This document shows, one piece after another, positions 37,101-49,862 of a stretch of DNA of 64,000 nt (position 1 is its first letter; the number at the start of each line of letters is the position of its first letter). A program made the translations under genes and the position numbers. The notes below the pieces were generated by a model. That model saw only the letters and a list, made by a program, of their open reading frames with translations. It made no database searches and had not been told where the DNA came from. Origin of the DNA: Hemiscyllium ocellatum (Eukaryota); NCBI RefSeq assembly GCF_020745735.1, contig NC_083418.1, positions 372,001-436,000 of the forward strand, in the 5' to 3' direction.

Positions 37101-38040
37101 GGTGCAGTTAAATTATTTAAAAGTTATTGGGATAAGTACCTGATTAAGAATGTATTTGAGGTGCTTGGGCCAAATTCAGGCAGGTGGATCTATTCTAATT
37201 TGACAATATATTCTGCATGGTATATGTGGAGTGAATGGTCAGTTAGAGTGTTGTATGACTCCGACTCTACCCTTAGATGTTAGGTCTACTTTCAATATTA
37301 TCAATGCTGTCTGACCACAGCCATATAAACTCTCAACTGAATGTCTCCGCTGTTCTATTCGAGGCCCCTTAATATAAATGATAAAATTGCATTTTCCTTC
37401 CTTATTGGCAACTTAACCTGCCTGTTCTAGAACTCCCAAGTGCCTTTGCACTTCAGATTTCTAAAGGCTTTCCGTGTACAAAAATTAGTCGAGACCTGCC
37501 TTCTTCCTCATTTGCTGCATAACCTGACGCATCCGATATTGTATTCCATTTGCCACTTCTTTGCCTACTCTCCGAGCCTGACCAAGTTCTTATGAAGCCT
37601 CCCGGCTTTCTTGACACGATCTGTCTTTCGAACGACCTTTTTGTGAACTGCAAATGTAGCGAGAATTCTCTACGTTCCTTTCCCAGATGGTTAATGCATA
37701 ACATGAATAGTTATGCTCCCTGAAACGATCCCTGAAACAATCCCTGTGGAAGTCTTAAAAGTCACTGGCTGCCATTCGATAAAAGACTCCTCTGTTCTCC
37801 CTCAGCCAGACAGCCAATCCCTCCACACACCCTTGTCACGAACAAAGCTGTTATCTTATTTTGCTGTATGCTGTATGGCTCCTCATCACATGCATTGTGA
37901 GCATTGAATTCTATCACGTCCACTGGCTCTCCTTTAGCAAACTTCTTTGGGGGTTTCTCAAAAAAATCTGGCATAGCTGTCAGACATGACTTTCCCCTTA
38001 TGAAGCTGTGCAGACATTGCTGTATTTTAGCATCCATTTC
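34150..38040. mobile_element. cluster of old CR1 fragments (mostly minus; 36840-37270 plus) with a SINE at 35975-36165
   Basis: ORF 34613 RRFTRLIHGMAGLTYEERM and ORF 37762 HSFIRGKSCLT..FFE..KGEPVDVI. Confidence 0.75.
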
Positions 38041-38779
38041 TAAGTTTGTGATTCAACTTTAAGCAAACAGTTTCGATTACGTCTCAGTAAACTAAAAGAC
38101 AATTGAGTTCGAATTTATTATTCTGCCAACATCGATCCAATGAGATATTTCGATTTTGTAGATATAAGAAAAGCAGGCATTTTGAACATCCGACAAAGTA
38201 ACTGCCATCAAGAGATTCCCAAAGGAAAAATTGAGTTAAAGAGACGAGCCTAAAAAACAAAAAAGACAGTTTGTGAAATGAGTGGAATGACTCTGGTAAT
38301 ATGTGCAGTTGAAACAAAATAAATGTTAGCATGAAAGCTGCTGGATTGTGCTGCTCGATCTGATCATTTCAACGACCACATGTTCCCCACATGTAGATAG
38401 TTGATAACTCTCCCGAATCTCAGTTCATTTGAAGCTGAACCTCTCACTTTTTCCCGCTTTGACATCATTAGAAGAGAGTTTAAATGGAATGCAGGTAAGT
38501 GTAACCATATTTGGTCGAATGAGAATTGCAATTCTGACGAATGATGTTTTCAAATGAATATCAAACGAGACAATGAAAATTCAGTGAAGGAACAAAACAA
38601 CATGACTTAATTTACTGGAAGAGTGCCACAGACGCCCGATCACCGTAGGGGTGTAGAGGAACTAATACGCAGTTAATTTCGCAATAATGATAAAATAACA
38701 GGGCCTGAATAGAAGGGAATTTTCACAACTCCAATTTAATGTGTCACTGTGATGAAAAATGATTTTTCCAGTGATTTCA

Positions 38780-39120
38780 AGTGCACTGTTTTGGTCAGTC
38801 ATGGCAAGACCAACAAGAGGGGCACAATTGTGGAGCTAGATTTAAGAAATTAAGCTGGGCAGTAGGAGGAATGGCAGTGAGATAGCATCGTTGTGGCAGA
38901 GATCATAACTCAGTCAGCTTTACCATCATACTGAAAACAACCTGTGGTGTATGTTGATTTTACCAAGGCTTTTGATGTAACCCCACATGGCAAACTGGTT
39001 AACAGATAGAAGTTTATGGCATTAATGGAAACGTGACAAATGAGGTAACATACTAGCTTAGTGGCAGGAAATAAAGATGAATTGGTGACCGGTAATCCCT
39101 GGTCCATGTGAGTAAAGGCG
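38780..39120 (+). mobile_element. old CR1 RT fragment
   Basis: GTGGTGTATGTTGATTTTACCAAGGCTTTTGATGTAACCCCACATGG encodes VVYVDFTKAFDVTPHG. Confidence 0.7.
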
Positions 39121-41512
39121 ATTGAAATGGATCGACGAGTTTTAAGGTCCCAATTGTGGGAGGGGACACGTTTCCCCAGAAACACTGACAGCATTAGCAC
39201 AGTAACAACAGTGTCGATATTAGAGTTGAATTATGGAATGCCTCAGTAAAATGGGAGGAGCGAGGTAAAGGGGGGTTATTCACCGTAGGTGGGAGAGAAA
39301 TCTCCGAGAATGTGTGGGTTTGAATTCCGACATATGGAATGCAGAAGTGTGATATTCCTCAGAAGTAACCAATTCTGCGGAATACCATACAGTCCCAGTG
39401 AACAGGCCCAAAATCAGAGAAACTGAATGGCACAGCAGCGAATATCAAACTGGAAACGTGGATGGGGATGAGCCTGCTGTGATGGTATAAAGGTGCATGT
39501 AATCCTGGGACTGGGAGCTCCAACCTCACCTGGAGTACCTCCTACTGACGTAGAGCAGGGGCACTGCGCCATCAGACTGTGAGTTCCAATTCACACGGAA
39601 CAGATTCTGTTGGCATGAAGCTTTGTGCATTGCGGGATCAGGCTGGAAGTTCCAACCTCTCCTGGTGCAGCTTTTATTGATAACGAGCAGGAAGCAATGA
39701 GACATCAAACTGAGGGAAAAGTTATTTGTTATTTTATTCTGAATTAAAGTAGTTTTTAGCAGGACCCAATTTTGTAGTTTGAAGTCAATAGCTATCCCAG
39801 GGAAATCTCTCAATAGTAAGGGGAAATGCTGCGATGGTTTAGGTCGTAGAGGAGAATCTATGCAGAGAGAAACTCAGGTTATATTTTCACTTTCTGACTT
39901 TTATCATATGACTGACTGCAATTCGGTTCAATTGCAGCAAGCGATTTTCAACCCGTGTCATATAATTGAATTTCCTGAAAGCCCACCCACGTCATTAAAG
40001 CAATATAAACGTCCAGAAATGAATGGAATATATGATGTTGTGATATGCTCGAGTTTATCTTGATTTGTGGAAGAAAAGCAGGAAACTGATGAGGAAATGT
40101 GCAAGATCAGCGGTTATCCCATTCAATGGCTGAACAGACAGAGAGTGAATGGAAGCTTCATGAGGACAAATATGTTTTCTTTGTGAACCTTGCTGGCTCA
40201 CAAAGTGACGACGGTCGGATTGAAGTAGTGATGATGATTTTCTTTTCTGCTTGTTAAAGTTTTGAACATGACTGCTGCTTTTCATGTCCATGGTAGCAAA
40301 AAAAAACGTTTTGATTCCCCTCCGCGTTTGTTAAGCATGCGTTACTTTGAATATAATGACAGAAATGACAATACTGTAAGTCAAATTCGAGGTGATCTTT
40401 CTGCTGCCACAACGCAAAGCGCTAATCACTGCACGATATCGATACCACATGGAATAGCATGATGCAAAAAGCAGTAAAGACAGTGAGAGAGGATATCTTA
40501 GGAACAGAACCACATAAACGATTGGAATGTTTGGCAGACAGTGATTGAGGCAGGCGAATTCAGGGTGGGCTGAAACTTAAACTTCGGTAACTCCAAAGCC
40601 TTTGGAAATTTCATCACTGAGCTTGATGAAGGCTAAGATTGATATACTTCTCCAGAAGATGAGAGCGTCCGGTGATATTGCAGGGTATTGGTGGAATGTA
40701 TTTCAACAAAAAACTGTAGTTTACCATTGGTTACTTCACCAATTTCCTCAGACAAGGAAGTGACCACTGCTTTGGAATATCATATAGTCCCAATTCCAGG
40801 CCTGGAATCTGAGAAACTGGTGGTGCAGCAGCGAGGAACAAACAGGAAAAGGAATTGGGATGAGCCAGTGGATGTGGTTTCAGTGATGAAATTAGTGATT
40901 GCAAAATATTTCTCTGAAAGTATGGAGTTAAATGAAATGCTGTGGCTGGGAGCTCCAACCGCACCTGCAGCAACTGCCATTGACAGGAATCAGGGATCAT
41001 GGGACATCAAGCTGACAGATCCAACCTCACCTGGAGCAGCGTCTATTGACGTCTGAACAGAGAGAAACGTAGGTCATGTTTTTGCCCTCTGACCTTTCTC
41101 ATATGCCTAACTCTATTCTGGGTTAAAATGCAGGAAGAGATTTTTTTTGTTCATTTCACATTATTCAATTTCTTGCAATCTCGCACAGGCCGTTAAGTAT
41201 TCTAGATCTTCGAAAATTAGCGTGAATACGATGATATAATTAGGCACTAGATTACCGCGGGTGATGGAGCAAAAGCAGGAAAGTGAATTTGAACTTCATC
41301 AGACGAGCAGAGATCCCATTGAATGGCTGACTCGACACAGGGTGAATGGAAGCTTCATGAGGATGAGTGTGTTTTCGTTCCGAAACTTCCCGCTGTAAAA
41401 ACAGTGGATCATTGGAATGAAGCAGTAACACGGATTATCCTTCCTGGTTGTTCGACTTGTGAACATGAGTACGATTGCTCATGAATGCAGCATGCCAACC
41501 ACAAGCACGCGC

Positions 41513-41584
41513 GAGACAGTGTCACAATGGATAATGCGCTTGCTTACAGTCCAGAGATTGCAGCTTAGTTTTCTACTTGATTCA
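41513..41584 (+). pseudogene. tRNA-Arg(ACG) pseudogene, very degenerate
   Basis: GAGACAGTGTCACAATGGATAATGCG..TTACAGTCCAGAGATTGCAG at the same position in the unit as 4759 and 45613. Confidence 0.55.
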
Positions 41585-42872
41585 AGAACAAGCCTGGCAG
41601 GCTTCAAATCCCCATACAAGTTAATCTTCTGCACTGTTCCAAAGCCGAATTGAGGTTTGAATTCTTAACCTGCAGAAGCGAAAGTCATTCAGGAAATGTA
41701 CCAAGAACATGAGAGTCAGTATCCCAGTTTCCTCACAAGAGAGGAAGCTGAAAGCACATGCTGCTCAAGGGTACCTTTCAATTTTCCAAACCCACCATAG
41801 AACTATATCCACAAGAGGTATACTTGGAAAACATTGACTGAGATGTGGAAACTCAAATCCAGTTGATTTTTTTACTTCAATCATCCTCGAGACCGTGGAG
41901 ATTACAACACTGAATTTCTAGGTTGATCGACTTTTTTTTACAAAACTTCCAAGGGTCAAGTGATGTTGCACGGTTTTGTTGAAATGAATTTCTCAAGAAC
42001 AATGTAGTGCATCATCGCTTACTTCACCAATTTCCTCACTCAATCACGGCTGTGAAATATCACATAATCACACTTCCATAGGGTTAGGAGTCAGAGAAAT
42101 TGAGTGACGCATTGGAAATGAGCATAACAATGAGCGTGAAGATTTGGCTGCAATGATGAAATCTGTGAGTGTAATGTCCTTCTCTTATGATAGAGAAGTG
42201 CATGCAATGTGAGCTCCATTTTCACCTGGAGCAACTTCTATTGACATAGAAAAGGGAACATTGGAACATTAGACTGGGGAAAGGGTGTTCAGCTATTAAA
42301 ATCTTAAGTGACGTAGTTTTGTGGCAGGACACATGTTTGCAGATTGAGGGAGTATCTGTCAGAGGGAACTATATCAATAACAAAGAAAACATCTACAAAG
42401 TTTCAACTCTTGGGGGAGCAACTGTGCAGAAAGAAGCAGAAGTAATGTTTGTCCTATCTGACCATTCCTCTCTGGCAGAGGTTTCACTGGGTTACATTGG
42501 ATAACGGCATTTTTAGCTCATTTCACAGTATTCAATTTCATGCATAGTCGCACAAGTCGTTAAAGTAATCAAAACTTCCGATGTGGTGATTGGGCTCGGG
42601 TTCACTTCAATTCTGGAAGAAAAGCAGGAAAGTGGATTCGAAATTCAAAAGATCAACACTGATCCCATTGAATGGCTAAGCAGACAGAGGTGAGTGGAAG
42701 CTTCATGAGGGCATCTGTGCTTTCATTGGAAAACTCGCCACTGCGCAAATTGTGGAATAGTGGACTGAAGCAGTAAAAGTGATTATCTTTTATTAATTTT
42801 TCAACTTGTGAACATGACATCTATTGCTGATGTCAATCATAACATCACAACTCTGAAGGGCAAAGCCTGACT

Positions 42873-42939
42873 GGGTCAGTGGCAAAATAGATAACACGCC
42901 TGACAACAGCGATTGTATGTTCGAAACTTACCTGGCTCC
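42873..42939 (+). pseudogene. tRNA-Arg(ACG) pseudogene with a deletion in the anticodon arm
   Basis: GGGTCAGTGGCAAAATAGATAACACGCCTGAC..GATTGTATGTTCGAAACTTACCTGGCTC. Confidence 0.7.
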
Positions 42940-44099
42940 CGGGCGGTGCTGAGTTTACCCTGCTCTTCTGTCGTTCTGAGGCAGAACTGCGGTGTCAAAC
43001 CCTGAACTGCTGGAGTAAGATCTATTTCATTAAATGGGATGCTGAAGTAGTCGCACACGCTGCTCTTCACATCTTTCAACCCCACCTCAAACCCACCTCC
43101 GGTTCACTGCGGCAGCTGGGCCTGGCAAGTAAAGGATAGAGAACCAAGTGTCAGCCATGACAATCTTGAGAAACTGTTTGGGAAGTGGAAACAGAGAAGG
43201 ATGGAATGTGAACTGTCTGACTGAGCAGAGATTGCTGAGGCACCATCCCTTTCTTTAAGAGGCCGTGAAATTAATTCTCATGTTTCAAGGTCATTAATTG
43301 ATCTGATGTATGAAAAGCACTCCCATTGCAGGTGCTCTGCTTTTGCTGATGTCGCTTCCAGGATCAAAAGAAAACCCAAATCCTTGACTGAGAATCAAAA
43401 CCAGGTCACAGCGAAGAAAGCGAAGAAAATGGAACCGCTCCCCCAACAGAAACAGCTACACGAATCGTACTCATCTACGCTCTGTACTTTTTTCTGAGGC
43501 CCTGCTTCAATTAACTGTTGTCCGTGCCAGTAAGAGATGCTACGCAAAGATTAAACTCAGAACCGCTGCATCGAAATGGATTGAATTGCTTGAAGGTCCC
43601 GACCGTAGGATGGGGCCACTTTCAACCAAAACATTGACCACAGCAGCATAGACCGAAAAGAGACAAGGGAGTGTTGTATTGTGCAATACCTCAGTGAAAT
43701 GGGTGAATGGACGAACAGGAGATTTGGTGCTTGTCGGAAGGAGGTAAATCTGCGATAATGCATGGTTACGATATTTGAAACACAAAAATCTGAGAGAACA
43801 GGTGTTTGAAGAAGCAAATTTATCACCAGGAAGAGTATTTTCATGTAAAAAACAAAGATTGTTTTGTTTGTCGTTTTTGCTAAGCACGTATTACATGGAT
43901 CAAAATGGGAAGAATGCCGACTGCTGTCACTGCGCTTCGAGCAGAACTTGCTGTGGCCACAATTTCAAGGATGAGCCATTTCATCATCCCGGCGCTGCAT
44001 CGTAAAGCACGAACGAAAAAGCAATATGGATCGTGGGAGAGGTTATATCAGGAACAGAACCACATGCACAAAGGAACACTTGCCAAACAGTGACTTAGA

Positions 44100-44424
44100 T
44101 AGAACTTTGAACGTAGAACAGAGAACAGTACAGCCCAGAACAGGCCTTCAGCCCACGAATTTGTAACGACCTCTGATCCTCATGTATGCACCCTCAAATT
44201 TCTGTGACCATATGCATGTCCAGTAGTCTCTTAAATGTCCCCAATGGCCTTGCTTCCACAAATGCTGCTGGCAACGCATCCCATGCTCTCACAACTCTCT
44301 GTGTAAAGAACCCGCCTCTGACATTCCTCCTATACTTTCCTCCAACCAGCTTAAAACTATGTTAGTCATTTCTGCCCTGGGAAATAGTCTCTGGCTATCG
44401 ACTCCATCTATGCCTCTCATTATC
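44100..44424 (-). mobile_element. CR1 3' fragment inserted into the amplicon unit
   Basis: TAGAAC-type tail, CAGGCCTTCAGCCCAC, GTGTAAAGAACC; splits the unit motif GACT.AGAT|GTGG.AACTC seen intact near 41837. Confidence 0.85.
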
Positions 44425-45612
44425 AGATGTGGGAACTCAGGTTAAACTTTAATCTTACGAGAAACTGTGGAGATTCCAACACTGTGTTTGTAGAAGACAA
44501 ATATTGCTCGATTTCAGCAACAGTTTGAAGAGTCATGGGATACTGTGTGGTATTGTTGAAATGTATTTCTCAATAACAACGTAGTTTAACATCGGTTACT
44601 TCACTGCTTTCCTCACTCATTTTCGTTATCAATGCTGTGGAATATGATATAATTCAGTTCCCAGGAGTGGAGTCAGATAAATTGAATCGCACAGACCCGA
44701 AAACCAAGTGGAGATGAAGATGGCGATGAGTGCGAGGGTATGGCTGCAGTAATGCAATTGGTGAACAGAGTGCCGTTCTCTGATGGTGCACAGGCGCCTG
44801 AAGTATCGAGGCTAAAATCTTAAACATCACCTAAAGCAGATTCGCTTTCCGTGCATGAAAAAGCAGTGGCACATCAGCCTGAGATCTCCAATCTCACCTG
44901 AATCAGTTATATTCACATGTAGCAGGGAGCCTTGGGGAATCTAGCTGTGAGCTCCGATTTCACCTGGAAGACCTTCGTTTGACATGGGGCAGGGAACATT
45001 GCGACATCGTCTAGGGGAATGGATAGTCAGCTGTTTTAATCTTAAATTAAGCAGATTTCAGCAGGACACATATTTGTGCATGGAGAGAATATCTCAAATA
45101 CAAAAAAGTACTTTGTAAATATTCAACTCATGGAGGAGCATCTGTGCATAGAGAAGCAGAGAAAATGTTTACGTAATTTGACCTCCCTGATATGGCTGAC
45201 TCTGCATTGGATTAATTCGCATGAAGGATTCTTTTTGCTTGCTTCATAGTTTTCAATTTCTTGCATACTCACAGAGGTCGTTAATTTAATCGAGATTTCC
45301 GACAAAATTCTGGCATGCAATGTGGTGATCAGGCTCAATTTCACGTCAGTTATAGTGGAGAAGTAAGAAAGTGAATTGGAAATTCATCAGATCAGCACTG
45401 ATCCCATTGAATGGATGAGGAGCAAAGGCGGAATGGAAGGTTCATGAGGGCATATGTGATTTATTTGGGTAATTCGCTGCTTCGCAGGATGATGAGCATT
45501 GGACTGAGGCAGTGACAATGATAATCTTTCTTGGTTTTTCAACGTGGGTACATGACTGCTATTACTCATGCCCGTTTTAACAGCAAACATCTGAAAGCTG
45601 TAATTGCGCATA

Positions 45613-45685
45613 GGGCGAGTAGCGCACTAGGTAACGCGTCTGACTACGGGTTAGGAGATTGTAGGATCGGCTCATAACTGGCTCG
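45613..45685 (+). pseudogene. tRNA-Arg(ACG) pseudogene (best-preserved copy)
   Basis: GGGCGAGTAGCGCACTAGGTAACGCGTCTGACTACGGGTTAGGAGATTGTAGGATCGGCTCATAACTGGCTCG, 73 nt ungapped vs tRNA-Arg-ACG; T-loop GGATCG is non-canonical. Confidence 0.85.
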
Positions 45686-46129
45686 CGGGAAGCACGCGCT
45701 TCTTTTGCACATACAAACTTTCTGGTTGTTCTGAAGTCGAAATAAGGTTTGAGATCCTCCTCTGAAGGAAATAATATGGCTTCATAAAATATCTCCGAGA
45801 GCATGAGAGTCACTGTTTCACTGTCAGCACACGAGAGGAAGCTGAAATATTCGCATACGTTGCTCATCGTTACATTTCCAATTCACAAACTCACTTATCC
45901 AATCACAGCGGCTTGCGGGAATGGGAAAGAAACATTCCAAATCGCTCATTCATAGCTTTGATTATCTTTGGAAACTCTTGGGACAATGGAATTAGAGGAG
46001 AATGAAGGGTTAACTATCCAACTGAGCAGCGACTGTCGAGGAAATTTCTCCTTTCTTCACAGGCTTGCATATTGAGTCTAATATTGTGGGGGACATTAAT
46101 TGATCCGAGGCATTGAATGTACTTCCGTC

Positions 46130-46245
46130 AGGGTGTAGGTTTGCTAGCTGAGCTGAAGGTTGATATCCAGACGGTTCATAACCTGGCAAGGTAACATCAT
46201 CTGTGGAGACCTCCAAGAGAAGCAAAGCTGTTGTCTCCTGCTTTC
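46130..46245 (-). mobile_element. Penelope-like terminus with mutated hammerhead (46166-46205)
   Basis: Minus strand CCA-CAGATGA-T-GTTACCTTGCCAGGTTAT-GAACC-GTC-TGG; homologous to 23430-23545. Confidence 0.75.
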
Positions 46246-47666
46246 TGGAAATCAAACCTACAGCTCAGCGACCAAACATGCGTAACTTCGTAATTTGTTT
46301 TGGAAAATGTACAGTGAAATTTATTCAAAATAAGTTAGCGAAGGTGACTTCCAGGTTTTCAAACAGACAAAAAAATTATTCACGCAATTACGGAATTAGA
46401 AACAAAGAGCAAAATATAGAATACGCACGGAACTCAGCTGTCCAACTCGACTTCATTATACTTTTTCAAAAATACTCAACAGTGAAAATGAAACGGAGGT
46501 TTCCAGGTCGAAATTAGACAGGCAGCAGAAGAGAGACGCCCACATCACTGACATCGATGGGCACATTGAAAGTCTTCGTGAAATTTGATATAACTGATAC
46601 TTTGGCAATGGTTAATACAGTATGTAGGCTGCCAATTACGTTCTGAAAGTTTTGTGTACACTAAAACTTCTTGTCTGTTTTTAGAATTCGTTGTGTGGAG
46701 TAGTCCCCTGCACACATTCAGCACAAAATTTCCGTAAAAGCCACTCAATCTGTGGAACTGTAGTACTCTGCTCTTTTCGTTAACGGTGTGAAATAGTTCC
46801 CTGTAACTTTTGTTTTTGTGTCCCCTGAGGCTATCTGTCCGCGTTCAATAACATGGCCAAGGATGGTGCCTTGGGCTTTGGCAAATTCACTTTCAGCGAG
46901 GTTTAGCAGGCAGCCTGACGTCTGAATTCGATCAAACAAATCCGATAAATGATAAAATATGTTCAATCCATGTGTGACTGAAAGTCACCACGCACAATAT
47001 ACCCCATGCAGTTGGGTATTCCGGCAATCACCTTGTTAATTAGTTTCTGAAACGTGGCTGTTGCGTTTTCCGTATAAATGGCATTACTTTAAACTGCTGA
47101 AGTCCAGTTGTCGTGACAAAAGCTGAAGTTGCCTTTGATCTTTCTGACAAAGTTTACTTCCAGTAACCCTTGAGCAAGCCGACTTAGAAATGTAAGTTGC
47201 TCTTCCCATCTTTTCCACAGAGTCCCTCAACCACAGATATGTATATGCATCAGTGTTTCGAACAACAGTAACCTTTTCGTAGTCCACACATAACTATTGA
47301 GTCTTATCTGTGTTTGGCACCATGATGATGCGTGAACTTCATTCATTGAAACTCAGAGCGATTATGCCATCCTCGAGCATGTGTTCTCATACTTATGAAC
47401 TTGTACCAACTTTACAGGGTTATTCTCACCAGGATGTTACGAAATCAGAACAGCCTCTCCTATAATTGCATCATCTATAATTCGGTTAGTAATTCAGTTT
47501 ATTTCTGCATATCTCTGCATGCGAGAGTAACAACTCTTTCAGGTCATTTCGATTTTCTTCTGGAAGATAACTGAATAGCTATACCAATTGTTGACAACTG
47601 CTGCATTGTCCAATTTTATTTAAGAAACTTGTAGTGGTTCTGTTCGCCAAGCTGGAAGTTTTGGTT

Positions 47667-47706
47667 GCAAACGTTTCGTCCCCTGGCTAGGAAACATCAT
47701 CAGTGC
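47667..47706 (-). ncRNA. minimal type I hammerhead ribozyme (Penelope pLTR)
   Basis: Minus strand GCA-CTGATGA-T-GTTTCCT-AGCC-AGGGGAC-GAAAC-GTT-TGC: full core, 7-bp stem II with GU pairs, palindromic ACGT stem III, stem I GCA/TGC. Confidence 0.8.
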
Positions 47707-49822
47707 TCTGGAGCCTCCTGCGAAGCGCTTCTTTGATGTTTCTTCCGGCATTTATAGTGGTCTGTCCTTGCCGTTTCAGGGTGTCAGTTTCAGCTGTCCG
47801 CTGTAGTGATTGGTATATTGGGTCCAGGTCGATGTGTCTGTTGATGGAGTTTGTGGATGAATGCCATGCCTCTAGGAATTCCCTGGCTGTTCTCTGTCTG
47901 GCTTGCCCTATGTTTTCCCAATCGAAATCATGTAGCTTGTTGTCTGAGTGTGTGGCTACTAGGGATAGCTGGTCGTGTCGTTTTGTGGCTAGTTGGTGTT
48001 CCTGTATGCGGATTGCTGGCTGTCTTCCTGTTTGTCCTATATAGTGTTTTGTGCAGTCCTTGCCTGGTATTTTATAAACTACATTAGTTTTGCTCATGTT
48101 GGGTATTGGCTCCTTTGTTCTAGTAAGTTGTTGTCTGAGCGTGGCTGTTGGTTTGTGTGCCGTTATGAGTCCGAGGGGTCGCAGTAGTCTGGCTGTCAGT
48201 TCTGAAACGCTCCTGATGTATGGTAGTGTGGCTAACCCTTTTGGTTGTGGCATGTCCTCGTTCCGTGGTCTATCTCTCAGGCCCTGTTGATTAATTTGTG
48301 CGGGTATCCGTTTTTGGCGAATACCTTGTATAGGTGTTCCTCTTCCTCTTTTCGCAGTTCTGGTGTACTGCAGTGTGTTGTAGCTCTTTTGAATAGTGTC
48401 CTGATGCAGCTTCGTTTGTGTGTGTTTGGGTGGTTACTTTCATAGTGTAACTGAAACACCTGGTCAGCGGATCCAAACACTCCATACAATCAACACAGGA
48501 ATTCTTGTACGCCATCAGGAATACACACATAGACAAAGAAGAAACCATGATCTCATTCGACGTGACGGCACTGTTCACTTCGATTGACAAAACCCTAGCC
48601 AGAGAAACAATAGCCAACCTACTGGACATACATAACAGAAAACAGGAGGCGGAACCTTAAAACAAAGACGGCATACTTAAACAACTGGACTTATGCCTCA
48701 CTACACACTTTACATTCAACAATCAGATATACGAACAAATCAACGGAACACCCATGGGATCACCAATCTCGGGACTCATAGCAGAGGCAGTTATGCAAAG
48801 GTTAGAACAAACAGCCCTACCACAAATTCAACCCAAACTCTGGGTCAGATATGTCGATGACACTTTTGTAATCATCAAAACCACGGAAATAGAAAAAACA
48901 CACCGGATCATCAACGCCACACTCACAGGCATCCGATTCACCAGAGAAGTAGAAAAGGATAGCCAACTCCCATTCCTAGACGTGTTAGTACAGAGAACAC
49001 CGAACGGAGAATTCACCACAAGGGTACACAGGAAAACAACACACACAGGCCAAGTCCTAAACTATGAAAGTAACCACCCAACACACACAAACGAAGCTGC
49101 ATCAGGACCCTATTCAAAAGAGCTATAACACACTGCAGTGCACCAGAACTGCGAAAAGAGGAAGAGGAACACCTATACAAGGTATTCGCCAAAAACGGAT
49201 ACCCGCGCAACTTTATCAACAGATGCCTAAGAGATAGACCACAGAACGAGGACATGCCACAACCAAAAGGACTAGCCACACTACCATACATCAGGAGCGT
49301 TTCAGAACTGACAGCCAGACTACTGCGACCCCTAGGACTCATAACGGCACACAAACCAACAGCCACGCTCAGACAACAACTTACTAGAACAAAGGAGCCA
49401 ATACCCAACATGAGCAAAACTAATGTAGTTTATAAAATACCAGGCAAGGACTGCACAAAACACTATATAGGACAAACAGGAAGACAGCTAACAATCCGCA
49501 TACAGGAACACCAACTAGCCACGAAACGACACGACCAGCTATCCCTAGTAGCCACACACTCAGACAACAAGCACCATGAATTCGACTGGGAAAACACTAC
49601 TATCATAGGGCAAGCCAGACAGAGAACAGCCAGGGAATTCCTAGAGGCATGGCATTCATCCACAAACTCCATCAACAGACACATCGACCTGGACCCAATA
49701 TTCCAATCACTACAGCAGACAGCTGAAACTGACACCCGAAACTGACACCCAGAAGCGGCAATGACAGACCACTATAAATGCCGGAAGAAACATCAAAGAA
49801 GCGCTTCGCAGGAGGCTCCAGA

Positions 49823-49862
49823 GCACTGATGATGTCTCCTAGCCAGGGGACGAAACGTTTGC
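49823..49862 (+). ncRNA. minimal type I hammerhead ribozyme (Penelope pLTR)
   Basis: GCA-CTGATGA-T-GTCTCCT-AGCC-AGGGGAC-GAAAC-GTT-TGC; predicted cleavage after 49859. Confidence 0.85.

Larger units (their letters stand above)
39330..46050 (+). repeat. tandem array of the tRNA-Arg(ACG) amplicon unit: C 39330-40310 (no tRNA), D 40530-41850, E 41850-43250, F 44425-46050; block 40300-40530 repeated at 43845-44095
   Basis: Repeated blocks such as AAAAGCAGGAAA...ATCCCATTGAATGG...GAATGGAAGCTTCATGAGG near 40075, 41272, 42620 and 45360, and CAGAGAAACTG near 39414, 40808, 42092 and 44673. Confidence 0.85.

Noticed and set aside
39245-39335. Possible tRNA-Leu relic (GTGTGGGTTTGAATTCC)
   Set aside because: Only a B-box-like 3' piece matches; the rest cannot be aligned.
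43540-43620. Possible tRNA-Sec-like relic on the minus strand
   Set aside because: Only a CTTCAA core matches; stems are not supported.
45613-45685. Functional tRNA-Arg gene
   Set aside because: Acceptor, D- and T-arm mismatches and a T-loop GGATCG instead of GGTTCG; called a pseudogene.
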